64,000 bases of DNA from an uncultured beta proteobacterium (GTDB lineage Bacteria > Pseudomonadota > Gammaproteobacteria > Burkholderiales > Eutrophovitaceae), in assembly GCA_963792855.1 (NCBI GenBank), contig CAWBXZ010000001.1, positions 65,109-129,108 of the forward strand. The letters are read 5' to 3'. Position 1 is the stretch's first letter; each line of letters begins with the position of its first letter. The notes under the pieces were generated by a model. It ran no database searches. It saw only the letters and a list, made by a program, of their open reading frames with translations, and was not told the origin of the DNA. Shown one piece after another: positions 45,971 through 56,512 of the stretch. The position numbers and the translations under genes are program-made.

Positions 45971-46918
45971 ATGAGAAAGATTCTCGTCACGGGAGCGACA
46001 GGGCAAATCGGCACCGGGCTGACGCCAGCGCTGCGCGCCAGGTACGGCAACGAAAACGTCATCGCCGCCGGGCACCGTCGTGAGCCGCCAGCAAGCATGC
46101 GCGAGCAGGGGCCGTTTGTGCGTGCCGATGTGACGCATCGGGCGGAATTGGAGCAAGTCGTCGCCGAGCATCGCGTCGACTGCATTTTCCATCTCGCCTC
46201 ATTGCTGTCGGCGGATGCCGAGAAAAAACCGCAACGCGCATGGGAAGTGAACATGGGTGGTTTGATGAACGTGCTGGACGTCGCGCGCATGCATGAGTGT
46301 GCGGTGTTTTTTCCCAGTTCGATTGGCGCTTTCGGGCCGTCGACGCCACAGGAGAACACTCCGCAGGATACGATCCAGCGCCCCAATACCATGTACGGAA
46401 TCACCAAAGTCAGCGGCGAATTGCTGTGCGATTACTACCACGGGCGCTTCGGTGTCGATACACGCGGTGTGCGTTACCCGGGGCTGATTTCGTACGAGAC
46501 GCCGCCAACCGGCGGTACGACCGACTATGCGGTGCATATTTTCCATGCGGCGGTCAGGGACGGGCGATACGACTGTTTTCTCGACAGGGATACGCGGCTG
46601 GACATGATGTACATGCCGGACGCGATCAAGGCGGCGATCGACCTGATGGAAGCGGACGCAAGCCGGTTGACGCATCGCAATGGCTATAACATCACGGCGA
46701 TGAGTTTTTCGCCCGCCCAACTGGTAGCTGCCATTCAAACGCGCATACCGGACTTTGCCGTTCGCTATGAGGTGGATCCGGTCAGACAGGCGATCGCGGA
46801 ATCCTGGCCGCGGCATATGAATGACAGTGCCGCGCGAAGCGAATGGGGATGGTGCCCCCAATACGACCTCGATGCGATGGTCGACGATATGCTCGGCCAC
46901 ATTTCTGTACGGAGTTGA
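45971..46918 (+). CDS. tdh: L-threonine 3-dehydrogenase, NAD-dependent epimerase/dehydratase (SDR) type
   Basis: MRKILVTGATGQIG..., the YGITK catalytic motif, and a position immediately upstream of kbl. Confidence 0.75.
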   Translation: MRKILVTGATGQIGTGLTPALRARYGNENVIAAGHRREPPASMREQGPFVRADVTHRAELEQVVAEHRVDCIFHLASLLSADAEKKPQRAWEVNMGGLMNVLDVARMHECAVFFPSSIGAFGPSTPQENTPQDTIQRPNTMYGITKVSGELLCDYYHGRFGVDTRGVRYPGLISYETPPTGGTTDYAVHIFHAAVRDGRYDCFLDRDTRLDMMYMPDAIKAAIDLMEADASRLTHRNGYNITAMSFSPAQLVAAIQTRIPDFAVRYEVDPVRQAIAESWPRHMNDSAARSEWGWCPQYDLDAMVDDMLGHISVRS

Positions 46919-46924
46919 TACAAC

Positions 46925-48151
46925 ATGAGCCTTGCCGCACTGCACGCCGGGTTTGCCCGGCACGTGGATGATCTGAAGAACAAGGGCGTTGCCAAGGGTG
47001 ACGAAAAGGTAATTGCTGCGGTGTTGCCGGCGCGCGACGGATTCAGTGAGCGCTACGTGCTGGAAGGGTATGGCGAACGGGCATTCCTGCGGCTGAACTC
47101 CAATTCCTACCTCGGGCTGGGCCTGCATCCGGCGGTGACTGGAGCCGAAGCCGGCGCGGTCGAGGAATTCGGCACCGGCCCCGGCGCTGTGCGATTTATC
47201 AGCGGCACCTATTCGCCGCATGTCGGGCTGGAGCGCGCACTTGCTTCCTTCCATGGGCGGGAATCGGCGATGATCATGAGCGCGGCATACGCAACGGTGC
47301 TGGGCGTATTGCCGCAGTTCATCACGGCAGAAACCCTCGTTGTCAGCGACGCGCTCAACCACAACTGCATCATCAACGCGATTCGCCTGGCGCAACCGGC
47401 TGGCAAGGCGGTGTATCCGCACCTGGACATGAGCGCCCTGGCCCGTGTGCTGGAGAACGCAAAGGGTAAGGTAAAGCGGGTCTGCGTGGTGACCGATGGT
47501 GTTTTCAGCATGCGCGGCGATTGCGCCGACATCGAACGCGTCGCCGCGATCTGCGCGTCTCATGAAGCGGCTTTTGAAGAGGGCATTGTGACTGTGGTTG
47601 ACGACTCGCACGGTGTCGGCGCGTTCGGTGAGACCGGCCGCGGCACCGAGGAACAAACGGGTGGCCGGGCCGATTTGCTGATCGGCACTCTGGGCAAAGC
47701 GTTTGGCGTGAACGGCGGCTACGTCGTCGCCGACGGGACCACTGTGGCCTACCTGCGCGAAACCGTGCCGCTGTATATCTACTCCAATCCGATTACGCCG
47801 GCCGAAGCGGCCGCGGCGCTCGCGGCGGTCGGGATACTCGACAGTGCCGAAGGCCGGACACGCCTTGCGCACCTGCGCAGGCTTGCGCATAGACTCAGAC
47901 AAGGTTTGGCGAATCTGGGCTACGAGACCATCGAGGGTGATCATCCCATTGTGCCGATCATGGTTCGCGACACGGCGAAAACGTCGGCGCTGGTCACACA
48001 CCTTTTCGATAATGATGTCCTCGTCACCGGTTTGAATTATCCGGTTGTGCCAAAAGGCGACGAGGAAATCCGCTTGCAGGTCTCGGCAAGTCACACCGAC
48101 GCTGATGTCGACACGCTGCTCGATGCCGTGCGGCGGTTTCGATACGCCTGA
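46925..48151 (+). CDS. kbl: Glycine C-acetyltransferase (2-amino-3-ketobutyrate CoA ligase), alpha-oxoamine synthase family
   Basis: NSNSYLGL, DDSHGVG, and GTLGKAFG (the PLP lysine). It is paired with tdh. Confidence 0.8.
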   Translation: MSLAALHAGFARHVDDLKNKGVAKGDEKVIAAVLPARDGFSERYVLEGYGERAFLRLNSNSYLGLGLHPAVTGAEAGAVEEFGTGPGAVRFISGTYSPHVGLERALASFHGRESAMIMSAAYATVLGVLPQFITAETLVVSDALNHNCIINAIRLAQPAGKAVYPHLDMSALARVLENAKGKVKRVCVVTDGVFSMRGDCADIERVAAICASHEAAFEEGIVTVVDDSHGVGAFGETGRGTEEQTGGRADLLIGTLGKAFGVNGGYVVADGTTVAYLRETVPLYIYSNPITPAEAAAALAAVGILDSAEGRTRLAHLRRLAHRLRQGLANLGYETIEGDHPIVPIMVRDTAKTSALVTHLFDNDVLVTGLNYPVVPKGDEEIRLQVSASHTDADVDTLLDAVRRFRYA

Positions 48152-48311
48152 GGCAGTGCCAGCGCCTGGCGCAATGCGCGCTTTCCAGGGCAAATCCGTT
48201 AACGGCGGTCGCGCCGCGACCGGTCGGCTGGGGAATGCTGGCGTCCGGCAGCGGCAAGTCCGCGCCGGCGGTTAATATGGTGACTGGTGCAACGGCAGAG
48301 GGGGTGGTTCT

Positions 48312-48794
48312 GTGCTGATCGGCAAGGGGATGCGGACCGGCCTTTTTTTTGGCGCTACGTCGGGGGTCATTACAACCCTCGGACTGATGGTCGGTTTGCA
48401 GTCGGGCACGCGCTCGCTTGCGGCGGTTTTCGGTGGTGTGCTCGTCATCGCGATTTCCGATTCCATGTCTGACGCACTGGGTATCCATCTGGCGCAGGAA
48501 TCCGACCCGGAATCGACGCGCGCACATATCTGGGCCGCAACCCTCTGGACATTTGTGTCGAAGTTCGTGGTGGCGATTTCATTTCTGCTGCCGTTGTTGT
48601 GGCTGCCGCTGGACCAGGCCGTCATGATTGCCGTGGTATGGGGTTTGGGCATCGTCACCGCGATGAGTTATTTTACGGCGCGGTCGCAGCAAGCACCGGT
48701 CTGGCGGGCGGTGGGTGAGCACGTCGCGATCGCGTTGCTGGTGGTTGCGCTGTCGCATTACGTCGGCGCGTGGGTGCGGTCTGCCTTTGCCTGA
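48312..48794 (+). CDS. Short VIT1/CCC1-family-like membrane protein
   Basis: 160 aa with 4-5 TM segments. GLFFGATSGVITTLGLMVGL...AISDSMSDALG resembles the VIT family membrane core. The N-terminal cytosolic domain is absent. Confidence 0.5.
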   Translation: MLIGKGMRTGLFFGATSGVITTLGLMVGLQSGTRSLAAVFGGVLVIAISDSMSDALGIHLAQESDPESTRAHIWAATLWTFVSKFVVAISFLLPLLWLPLDQAVMIAVVWGLGIVTAMSYFTARSQQAPVWRAVGEHVAIALLVVALSHYVGAWVRSAFA

Positions 48795-48871
48795 CCACGG
48801 ACCGGTTCACGCCTGCCCCGTTTGCTGGATAATCCCGCCTTTGCAAATCACTTTCTGAACAAGGATCGAGC

Positions 48872-49711
48872 ATGAAATGGATTCTGCATGGCTCGCGCCT
48901 GGCCGCGATCTTCCCTGTACTGCTATTGCTGGTGCAGCCGGCGGCCGCCGAGTCCCGGACTGAGACCGAAACCGAGAAGCAGGAGAGCGAGCGCTACACG
49001 CGCGAAGCGGTGGATCGCGTCGTTGACAGCCACGACAACACGCTCATTCTCAAGGGCGGCGAGTTGATGATCCGGCAGCAGGCGGTACGTTCGGCACACA
49101 AACTGTTGGTGCAGTGGGGACGGGAGCAACAGCTCGGCGAATTGTGGTGGCAGGACCGGCCGGAATGGCAGGCAGCGAAGGCGGAACTGCTCGCCGCCGG
49201 GGACGAAGTGCTGAAGAAGCGGTTCATCGAGGAAGCGTGGCTGACGCAAATCTGGACAACATACACTCTGGAGAATTTCAGCGGCGAACAGGCCTCGGTG
49301 ATCGCCGACCATTTCGAAACCGAGGGCGGCATCAAGCAACGGCGTCTGATGGACTGGTACCTCGGCGAGACCACGCTGTTCTATTACACCTTTACCGATC
49401 GTTTCGATTACGAAACGGAGGAAACGCAACAGCAACTGAAGTCGTTGCAGAAGGCGGCGTTGACCCGTATTCCGCGCGAAGATGTGCATTTTTCCAAACG
49501 CAATCCGGAGGCCTACGCGTTCATCGCGTGCAGTCCTGACAGTGAATATTGCCCGGGACTTCATTACTGGAAGATGCTGACGATCCCGCTGATGGGAGCG
49601 GTGTTCCGTCACATGGAGGAGGTGACGCGCGAGATTGAAGCGGCGATGATTCGCTCGCTGCCCGACGTGCAGCGCCATTTGGATGCATTCCGGGATAACA
49701 CCCGTTCCTGA
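48872..49711 (+). CDS. Secreted hypothetical protein (279 aa), predicted helical
   Basis: It has a signal peptide (AAIFPVLLLLVQPAAAES) and a Glu/Gln/Trp-rich mature part. I recognise no family. Confidence 0.55.
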   Translation: MKWILHGSRLAAIFPVLLLLVQPAAAESRTETETEKQESERYTREAVDRVVDSHDNTLILKGGELMIRQQAVRSAHKLLVQWGREQQLGELWWQDRPEWQAAKAELLAAGDEVLKKRFIEEAWLTQIWTTYTLENFSGEQASVIADHFETEGGIKQRRLMDWYLGETTLFYYTFTDRFDYETEETQQQLKSLQKAALTRIPREDVHFSKRNPEAYAFIACSPDSEYCPGLHYWKMLTIPLMGAVFRHMEEVTREIEAAMIRSLPDVQRHLDAFRDNTRS

Positions 49712-49719
49712 GAATCAGG

Positions 49720-50268
49720 GTGCAAGCCATTGTGACCGTAGAACAGATGCGCCTTGTTCAGTGCACGCAGGAACAGCATTCCGGGGCCATCCTGCGGCTT
49801 CTCAACGATGCGATCGCCAACACCACCGCACTGTACGATTACCGGCCGCGCTCGCCAGAGAGCATGGGCGCGTGGTTCGACGGCAAGACAGAAGGAAATT
49901 TCCCGGTTCTCGGCATGCAGGCAGAGTCCGGAGCCTTGCTGGGTTTCGCCAGCTACGGTACTTTCAGGCCGCATTCGGCCTACAAGTACACGGTCGAGCA
50001 TTCCGTCTATGTGGATGCCGATTTTCGCAGGCGCGGCGTCGCGCAGACCCTGATGCAGGCGTTGATCAGTACGGCGCGGCGGCAGGACTATCACGTCATG
50101 GTGGGCGGGATCGACGCCGGCAACGAGGCCAGCATCGGCCTGCACGAGAAACTCGGGTTCACACACGCCGGTACACTCCGCCATGCCGGGTTCAAGTTCG
50201 GGCACTGGCTCGATCTGGCCTTGTATCAGTTGATCCTGGATACCCCGGGCACGCCGGTCGAGTCGTAA
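49720..50268 (+). CDS. GNAT N-acetyltransferase, phosphinothricin-acetyltransferase-like
   Basis: ILRLLNDAIANTTALYDY...VYVDADFRRRGVAQTLMQALI...GLHEKLGFTHAGTLRHAGFKFGHWLD is typical of the PAT/MddA-like subfamily. An alternative ATG start lies at 49747. Confidence 0.7.
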   Translation: MQAIVTVEQMRLVQCTQEQHSGAILRLLNDAIANTTALYDYRPRSPESMGAWFDGKTEGNFPVLGMQAESGALLGFASYGTFRPHSAYKYTVEHSVYVDADFRRRGVAQTLMQALISTARRQDYHVMVGGIDAGNEASIGLHEKLGFTHAGTLRHAGFKFGHWLDLALYQLILDTPGTPVES

Positions 50269-50372
50269 CACGGATGTCCGTGGGGGGCGCAGCATTCTTG
50301 ACGCGGAACTGGGGTGCGGCGAAAGTAGCGGGCAGCAGTCAGCCATACGGGCCCGGAGAAAAACATTATTAG

Positions 50373-50915
50373 ATGCCAATGATGAAAACGCGACTGGCCG
50401 TTATCGACGACGTTGCTGCCATTGCCAATCTTCATGCCGAGAGCTGGCGTATCGCCTATCGCGGCATGCTCACGGACGATTATCTTGACCGGCAGATCTT
50501 TTCCGAACGGCTGGCGCTGTGGGAACAACGCTTCGGTTCGTGTGCGCCCAATCAGCATATCTGCGTGGCTGAAATCGGCGACCAGGTGGTCGGGTTCGCC
50601 TGTACCTATGGCGACGAGGATGCCAGGTGGGGGAGCTTTCTTGACAATCTTCATGTCGCGCCCGAGCACAAGCGCCACGGTATCGGCAAGGCGTTGATGC
50701 GGCAGGTTGCTGCCTGGAGCCTGGCGGCCTATCCGGCGTGCGGACTTTACCTGTGGGTGCTGGAGTCCAATACGCCGGCGATCCGGTTCTACAGGAAGAT
50801 GGGCGGGGTCCGCTCCGGCAAGGGTACGTGGCGTCCTCCGGACGGCGGCTCGTACACGAAATTGCGCTACGCCTGGCCAACACTCGAGCCTTTGCTCTCA
50901 GGCACGCTTTCCTGA
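50373..50915 (+). CDS. GNAT-family N-acetyltransferase
   Basis: LHVAPEHKRHGIGKALMRQV (the acetyl-CoA-binding R/Q-x-x-G-x-G/A motif) and ...NTPAIRFYRKMGG. Confidence 0.7.
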   Translation: MPMMKTRLAVIDDVAAIANLHAESWRIAYRGMLTDDYLDRQIFSERLALWEQRFGSCAPNQHICVAEIGDQVVGFACTYGDEDARWGSFLDNLHVAPEHKRHGIGKALMRQVAAWSLAAYPACGLYLWVLESNTPAIRFYRKMGGVRSGKGTWRPPDGGSYTKLRYAWPTLEPLLSGTLS

Positions 50916-50964
50916 GCCGTTTCGGCGGGCAGGCAGGACAATTTTCTTGAGTGGCGCCGGCCCG

Positions 50965-50987
50965 CGAGGACGTGCGTTCCTCGTTTG
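50965..50987 (+). terminator. Weak candidate terminator hairpin after the GNAT gene
   Basis: CGAGGA (50965-50970), a 7-nt loop, then TCCTCG (50978-50983) followed by TTT. The stem is short and the U-tract poor. Confidence 0.25.
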
Positions 50988-51076
50988 CCGCTGCCGGCTT
51001 TCGCAGCAGTGGCGGTTGCCGGGGTTGCTGCGCTGCAAGATGCTAGAATTGCGCGCATTTCCCTCCTGTGCCAGCC

Positions 51077-52321
51077 ATGTTTACTGCAAACGACACCATC
51101 AAGAGTTTTGACCCTGATCTGTGGCAAGCGATCGAATCCGAACGCACCCGGCAGGAAGAGCATATCGAACTGATCGCGTCCGAGAACTACGCCAGCCCGC
51201 GTGTGCTCGAGGCGCAGGGTTCGGTGTTGACCAACAAGTACGCCGAGGGCTATCCGGGCAAGCGCTACTACGGCGGTTGCGAGTTCGTCGATATTGCCGA
51301 ACGCCTCGCGATCGAGCGTGTAAAGAAGTTGTTTGGCGCCGATGTCGCCAACGTCCAGCCGCATTCGGGAAGCCAGGCCAACGCCGGTGTCTATCTGGCG
51401 ATGCTGCAGCCCGGCGACACGATCCTCGGTATGTCACTGGCGCACGGCGGTCACCTGACACACGGCTCGCCGGTGAATTTCAGCGGCAAACTGTTTCACG
51501 TCGTCAGCTATGGCCTGGACAAGAACGAAGCGATCGACTACGAGGAGGTGGAGCGACTCGCCAAGGAGCACCGTCCGAGAATGATTATCGCCGGCGCATC
51601 TGCCTATTCGCTTGCCATCGACTGGAAGCGTTTTGCCGACGTTGCCGACAGCGTGGACGCCTACCTGATGGCCGACATGGCGCATTACGCCGGACTGGTT
51701 GCAACCGGCCTGTACCCAAGCCCGATCGGCGTTGCCGATTTCGTCACCAGCACCACGCACAAGACGTTGCGCGGGCCGAGGGGCGGAATCATTCTCGGCA
51801 ATGCCGAGTTCGAGAAGCCGATCAACTCGGCAATTTTTCCCGGCAACCAGGGCGGGCCGCTGATGCACGTCATAGCCGCCAAGGCCGTCGCGTTTCAGGA
51901 AGCGATGCAACCGGACTTCAAGGGCTATCAACAGCAGGTGATGGTCAATGCGAGAGTGATGGCGGAGACTTTGCAGCAGCGGGGCGTGCGCATCGTGTCC
52001 GGGCGCACGGAGTGCCACATGTTTCTCGTCGACCTGACGTCGAAGCGGGTCACCGGCAAGGCTGCTGAGGCCGCTCTCGAAAGTGCGCATATCACGGTGA
52101 ACAAGAATGCGATCCCGAATGACCCCGAGAAGCCGTTTGTCACCAGTGGCATACGCATTGGCTCACCGGCCATGACGACGCGGGGTTTTCGCGACGAAGA
52201 GGCGCGCGAGCTTGGCGGCCTGATAGCGGACGTGCTCGACGCGCCGCAGGATGAAGCGAATCTGAAGCGGGTGCGCGGCGCGGTGAGTGAATTATGTCGC
52301 AGGTTCCCGGTTTACGGTTAG
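51077..52321 (+). CDS. glyA: Serine hydroxymethyltransferase
   Basis: [38 protein letters not shown]...[12 protein letters not shown] (the PLP lysine motif). Confidence 0.95.
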   Translation: MFTANDTIKSFDPDLWQAIESERTRQEEHIELIASENYASPRVLEAQGSVLTNKYAEGYPGKRYYGGCEFVDIAERLAIERVKKLFGADVANVQPHSGSQANAGVYLAMLQPGDTILGMSLAHGGHLTHGSPVNFSGKLFHVVSYGLDKNEAIDYEEVERLAKEHRPRMIIAGASAYSLAIDWKRFADVADSVDAYLMADMAHYAGLVATGLYPSPIGVADFVTSTTHKTLRGPRGGIILGNAEFEKPINSAIFPGNQGGPLMHVIAAKAVAFQEAMQPDFKGYQQQVMVNARVMAETLQQRGVRIVSGRTECHMFLVDLTSKRVTGKAAEAALESAHITVNKNAIPNDPEKPFVTSGIRIGSPAMTTRGFRDEEARELGGLIADVLDAPQDEANLKRVRGAVSELCRRFPVYG

Positions 52322-52472
52322 CGGGGTCTCGCCTGCCGGCACCGGGTTATGCGCTCGCGGTTCCTGCCTGGAATGATCTTGTTGCGATGTCATCACCAGA
52401 CGTGTCTCCGGTTCGAGTAGCGGAATGTCTGCGTGGCTGGCATCGGGGCAGCATGGTCCGGAGTAAGCCGTT

Positions 52473-52946
52473 GTGAAATGTCCATTCTGCAATTGCGCCG
52501 ACACCCAGGTTGTCGATTCGCGGGTGTCCGAGGAGGGCGACAGCATTCGCCGCCGGCGGCGCTGTCTCGAATGCGAAAAGCGGTTTACCACGTATGAGAC
52601 GGTCGAGCTGCGCATGCCCCAGATGGTCAAGTCCAACGGCTACCGGGAAGAGTTCAAGGAAGAAAAGCTGCGCACCGGTTTCCTGCGCGCGCTTCACAGG
52701 CGGCCGGTGCCTGCCAACCTCGTCGAAGATGCGATCGGGCGCATCAAGCAACGCTTGCTGTCGCTTGGCGAACGCGAAGTGCAGTCGCGACGTGTCGGGG
52801 AACTGGTCATGAAAGAGTTGTACAAGCTCGACAAGGTCGCCTACATCCGGTTTGCGTCGGTGTACAAGGATTTTCAGGACGTGGACGACTTCCGCGATGC
52901 GATCAAGGAAGTGCAGAAACCCGCAACGCGTCGCAGGAAGCAATGA
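52473..52946 (+). CDS. nrdR: Transcriptional repressor NrdR
   Basis: GTG start. (M)[16 protein letters not shown]...[16 protein letters not shown] is the zinc ribbon, followed by an ATP-cone. Confidence 0.95.
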   Translation: MKCPFCNCADTQVVDSRVSEEGDSIRRRRRCLECEKRFTTYETVELRMPQMVKSNGYREEFKEEKLRTGFLRALHRRPVPANLVEDAIGRIKQRLLSLGEREVQSRRVGELVMKELYKLDKVAYIRFASVYKDFQDVDDFRDAIKEVQKPATRRRKQ

Positions 52947-54046
52947 ACGACGATTTCCTGTTCATGGCCAGGGCGTTGCGACTGGCCGAAAAAGGGATGT
53001 ACACCACCACGCCTAATCCCCGGGTCGGCTGCGTCATCGTGCGCGACGGCCGGGTGGTGGCGGAGGGCTGGCACGAAAAAGCCGGGAGTGCCCATGCCGA
53101 GGCGGCCGCGCTCGATTGTGCCGGCGGCCTGGCCAGGAACGCGACCGTCTACGTGACTCTGGAACCGTGCAGCCATCACGGACGCACGCCACCATGTGCC
53201 GATGCCCTGATTGGCGCGCGGGTGGGGCGCGTTGTCGTCGCCATGCACGATCCCAATCCACTGGTCAGCGGTGCCGGCGTGCAGCGTCTGCGCGATGCGG
53301 GGATACCGGTCGAGTGCGGCATTCTCGAGGCGCAGGCGCGGGAGCTGAATATTGGTTACGTTTCACGCATGACACGCGGGAAACCGTGGATGCGGATCAA
53401 GATTGCGGCCGGGCTGGATGGCAAAACGGCGTTGGAAAACGGTGCCAGCCAGTGGATTACCAGTGCGCCGGCGCGTCGCGACGCGCATCGCTGGCGGGCT
53501 CGCTCGTGCGCCATCATGACAGGGATCGGCACGCTGACCGATGACGATCCGCGTTTGACCGTGCGCGAAGTGCAAACGTCACGGCAGCCGCTTCGCATCG
53601 TTGTCGACAGCCGGCTGCGGCTGGCGCCGGGTTCGAAGATCTTTGCCGGTGGTGGCGTTCTCGTTGCGACGGCAAACAGTGACGAGTCGAAGATCGCGCA
53701 GATCACCGGTTTGGGCGCCGAGGTGCTGGTTCTGCCTGATCAGTACGGCAAAGTCGATTTGCGGCGGCTGGTCGCAGATCTGGCATCGCGAGGTCTCAAC
53801 GAGATCCTGGTCGAAGCCGGCATCAATCTGCACAGCGCGCTGCTGCGGGCCGGTGCTGTCGACGAACTGTTGCTCTACTATGCGCCGAAGTTGCTCGGCG
53901 CCCGCGGCCGCGGCATGTTTGAACTCGATGGCTTGACCACGATGGACGCAGTGCCGGAGCTCAATGTCACCGAGATGCGCCAGATCGGGCCGGACATACG
54001 ATTGCGCGCGCTACTGAAGAACGGAACATGTTTACCGGGATCATAG
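52943..54046 (+). CDS. ribD: Bifunctional riboflavin biosynthesis protein RibD (deaminase/reductase)
   Basis: The deaminase motif is HAEAAAL...[14 protein letters not shown] reductase C-terminal half follows. The start overlaps the nrdR stop. Confidence 0.9.
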   Translation: MNDDFLFMARALRLAEKGMYTTTPNPRVGCVIVRDGRVVAEGWHEKAGSAHAEAAALDCAGGLARNATVYVTLEPCSHHGRTPPCADALIGARVGRVVVAMHDPNPLVSGAGVQRLRDAGIPVECGILEAQARELNIGYVSRMTRGKPWMRIKIAAGLDGKTALENGASQWITSAPARRDAHRWRARSCAIMTGIGTLTDDDPRLTVREVQTSRQPLRIVVDSRLRLAPGSKIFAGGGVLVATANSDESKIAQITGLGAEVLVLPDQYGKVDLRRLVADLASRGLNEILVEAGINLHSALLRAGAVDELLLYYAPKLLGARGRGMFELDGLTTMDAVPELNVTEMRQIGPDIRLRALLKNGTCLPGS

Positions 54047-54627
54047 AAGCAGTCGGGAACGTCGCGTCGGTCTCGCCATCGGGCGATACCGCTGCGGTGC
54101 GTATCGAAAGTGCCGGGCTCGATCTGTCCGATGTGGCAATTGGAGACAGTATTGCGGTCAACGGGGTGTGCCTGACGGTGAAGAATCTCGGGACACGATC
54201 GATCGACTTCGATGTCTCGGCGGAGACGCTGAATGTGACCACCGGCTTTCACCTGGCCGACCGGGTGAACCTGGAAAAATCGCTGCGTCTCGATACGCGT
54301 ATTGGCGGCCACCTCGTCAGCGGCCATGTCGATGCTGTTGGTGAGGTCGATGAGGTTACCGAGTCTGACGGCAACCGTGTAATGCGGCTGCGCTTTCCCG
54401 AAACACTGGGGCGTTTTTTCGCGCGCAAGGGTTCGGTCACGGTCAATGGCGTGAGCCTGACCGTAAATGGCGTGGACGGCGGCGCGTTTTCGGTTAACCT
54501 CATTCCGCATACGCTGGCGGTCACCAATCTCGGTGATCTTCGCAAAGGCAGCCGAGTGAACCTGGAGATTGATCTGGTGGCGCGTTACGTTGAGAGAATG
54601 CTGGGGGATACGAGGACCGGATCATGA
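54028..54627 (+). CDS. ribE: Riboflavin synthase
   Basis: [10 protein letters not shown]...GDSIAVNGVCLTV...GSVTVNGVSLTV shows the duplicated lumazine-binding repeats. Confidence 0.9.
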   Translation: MFTGIIEAVGNVASVSPSGDTAAVRIESAGLDLSDVAIGDSIAVNGVCLTVKNLGTRSIDFDVSAETLNVTTGFHLADRVNLEKSLRLDTRIGGHLVSGHVDAVGEVDEVTESDGNRVMRLRFPETLGRFFARKGSVTVNGVSLTVNGVDGGAFSVNLIPHTLAVTNLGDLRKGSRVNLEIDLVARYVERMLGDTRTGS

Positions 54628-55718
54628 GCAACGGTATCAGTACCATTCCCGAGATCATTTCCGATTTGCGCGAAGGCCGGATGGTCATTCTGGTCGATGA
54701 GGAAGATCGTGAGAACGAAGGCGATCTGGTTCTGGCGGCGGAATTCGCAAGCCCGGAAAACATCAATTTCATGGCGAGGTTCGGTCGCGGCCTGATTTGC
54801 CTGACGCTGACCGCGGCGCGTTGCCAGCAACTCAATCTCCCGCCAATGGTGGGCGCCAACCGGTCGCGTCTCGGGACGAATTTCACCGTTTCCATCGAGG
54901 CGGCCGAAGGCGTGACCACTGGCATCTCGGCAGCAGACCGGGCGAGGACGATCCGCGCCGCGGTCGCCGAGAACGCCAGGCCCGCCCACATCGTCCAGCC
55001 CGGGCATATTTTTCCGCTGATGGCGGAGGAAGGGGGCGTGCTGGTGCGCGCCGGACATACTGAGGCAGGCTGTGACCTGGCGGCGATGGCGGGCATGGAG
55101 CCGGCGGCCGTCATTTGCGAGATTCTCAGAGAAGATGGCGAAATGGCGCGGTTGCCCGATCTCATCGAATTCGGGGGCAAGCACAATCTCAAGATCGGCA
55201 CCATTGCCGACCTGATACATCATCGCAGCCGGACCGAATCGTTGGTAGAGCGGGCCATGCAGCGCCCGATCGAAACCGCGTTCGGCAAGTTTGAACTCAT
55301 TGCCTACCGCGAGAAGATTTCACGCAATATCCATTTGGTCCTGATAAAGGGCGAACCGCAGCCCGGCGAGGAAATCCTGGTGCGTGTGCATGAACCGCTG
55401 TCGGTGGCCGACGTCATCGATACGGCCAGCCGCATGCATTCCTGGAACCTGAATGACGCCATGAAGACGATCAGTGAAGCGGGAAGTGGTGTGCTGGTTC
55501 TGCTCCATCGTACCGAGGACGGCGACCAACTGCTCGCGCACCTCGATGACAAGCCGCAGGCGCCGCCAAAAGTCGATTTGCGCAACTACGGTATCGGTGC
55601 GCAGATTTTGCGTGACGTCGGCGTGACGCGTATGCGTCTGCTCGCGGCGCCGCGGCGTATGCCCAGCATGGCGGGATTCGATCTGGAGATCACCGGATAC
55701 ATGCAGCCGGGCCGGTAG
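54624..55718 (+). CDS. ribBA: Bifunctional 3,4-dihydroxy-2-butanone-4-phosphate synthase / GTP cyclohydrolase II-like protein
   Basis: MVILVDEEDRENEGDLV...RAGHTEA is the DHBP synthase part. A C-terminal GCHII-like domain follows. Confidence 0.9.
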   Translation: MSNGISTIPEIISDLREGRMVILVDEEDRENEGDLVLAAEFASPENINFMARFGRGLICLTLTAARCQQLNLPPMVGANRSRLGTNFTVSIEAAEGVTTGISAADRARTIRAAVAENARPAHIVQPGHIFPLMAEEGGVLVRAGHTEAGCDLAAMAGMEPAAVICEILREDGEMARLPDLIEFGGKHNLKIGTIADLIHHRSRTESLVERAMQRPIETAFGKFELIAYREKISRNIHLVLIKGEPQPGEEILVRVHEPLSVADVIDTASRMHSWNLNDAMKTISEAGSGVLVLLHRTEDGDQLLAHLDDKPQAPPKVDLRNYGIGAQILRDVGVTRMRLLAAPRRMPSMAGFDLEITGYMQPGR

Positions 55719-56035
55719 CGGCGTGAAAGCGTTGCCGTTCAAAGCGGCCGGATCGCCGCGAGGCAGCGCGTTTCCACACCGGCATAACGGCAGCGGCGTT
55801 TATGGTGTCCCGCCCCCGGGAAAGTGAATGGCTTTCGGTCCCGGCGGTTTCCCGTTCGTGCAGCGCCGTGCAATGCAACAGTTTGCGGGCGGGAAAGGCG
55901 GTGACCTTCTATATACTGTCGCGTTTTCCGTCAGACTGCTGGCGCGGCGTGGCCGGAGTCTGGACAATACGTAACTCGTAAATACTGTTCCGGCCGCCGG
56001 CCGGCGCAGCGGCACATCGTTCAAGGGGCAAGGCT

Positions 56036-56512
56036 ATGACAGGTTTCGAAGGGGCGCAGGCGTTTCCGATAGACATTGACGGAAAAGCGCTGAACATTGG
56101 AATCGTCGTCGGCCAGTTCAATCAGGAAATCGGCGAAGCGATGCTCGATGCCTGTTACAACGAGTTGCTGCGGCTGGGCGTTTCCGCTGAAAACATTGCA
56201 ATCGCCAGTGTGCCGGGCGCCCTCGAAGCACCGATTACACTGCAGCGTTTCGCCGACAGCGGGCGCTTTGATGCGCTTATCGCACTTGGCGCGGTGATTC
56301 GTGGCGATACCTATCACTTCGAAATCGTTTCCAACGAGTCGGCAGCGGGTATCACGGCGGTACAACTTGAGACCGGAGTGCCAATTGCGAATGGCATACT
56401 CACCTGCGACACGGAGCAACAGGTTACCCAGCGTATTGAGAGAAAGGCGACCGATTGCGCGCAGGTGGCTGTGCAAATGGCGAGACTGATGGACGCAATC
56501 GATGAAGGGTAG
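56036..56512 (+). CDS. ribH: 6,7-dimethyl-8-ribityllumazine synthase
   Basis: [12 protein letters not shown]...VPGALEAP...[14 protein letters not shown]. Confidence 0.9.
   Translation: MTGFEGAQAFPIDIDGKALNIGIVVGQFNQEIGEAMLDACYNELLRLGVSAENIAIASVPGALEAPITLQRFADSGRFDALIALGAVIRGDTYHFEIVSNESAAGITAVQLETGVPIANGILTCDTEQQVTQRIERKATDCAQVAVQMARLMDAIDEG

Noticed and set aside
46199-48193. 664-aa ORF on the minus strand
   Set aside because: It is antisense to the confidently identified tdh and kbl genes. Its composition is Arg/His/Gly/Pro-rich and low in complexity, as expected for a shadow ORF in high-GC DNA. It has no recognisable motifs.
50916-51076. ZTP/THF-type riboswitch upstream of glyA
   Set aside because: There is no CCGCCTGGGC-like ZTP pseudoknot segment or other conserved core. 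Only a short hairpin that may terminate the upstream GNAT gene is present.
52395-52430. tRNA-like GGTTCGAG T-loop string between glyA and nrdR
   Set aside because: The flanking bases do not form a T-stem or an acceptor stem. No cloverleaf can be drawn. No other GGTTCGA(A/G)TCC-type strings occur outside coding sequence.
55719-56035. FMN (RFN) riboswitch between ribBA and ribH
   Set aside because: Only two short fragments resemble RFN. The conserved core helices and loops could not be found on either strand. It is kept only as a low-interest spacer observation.
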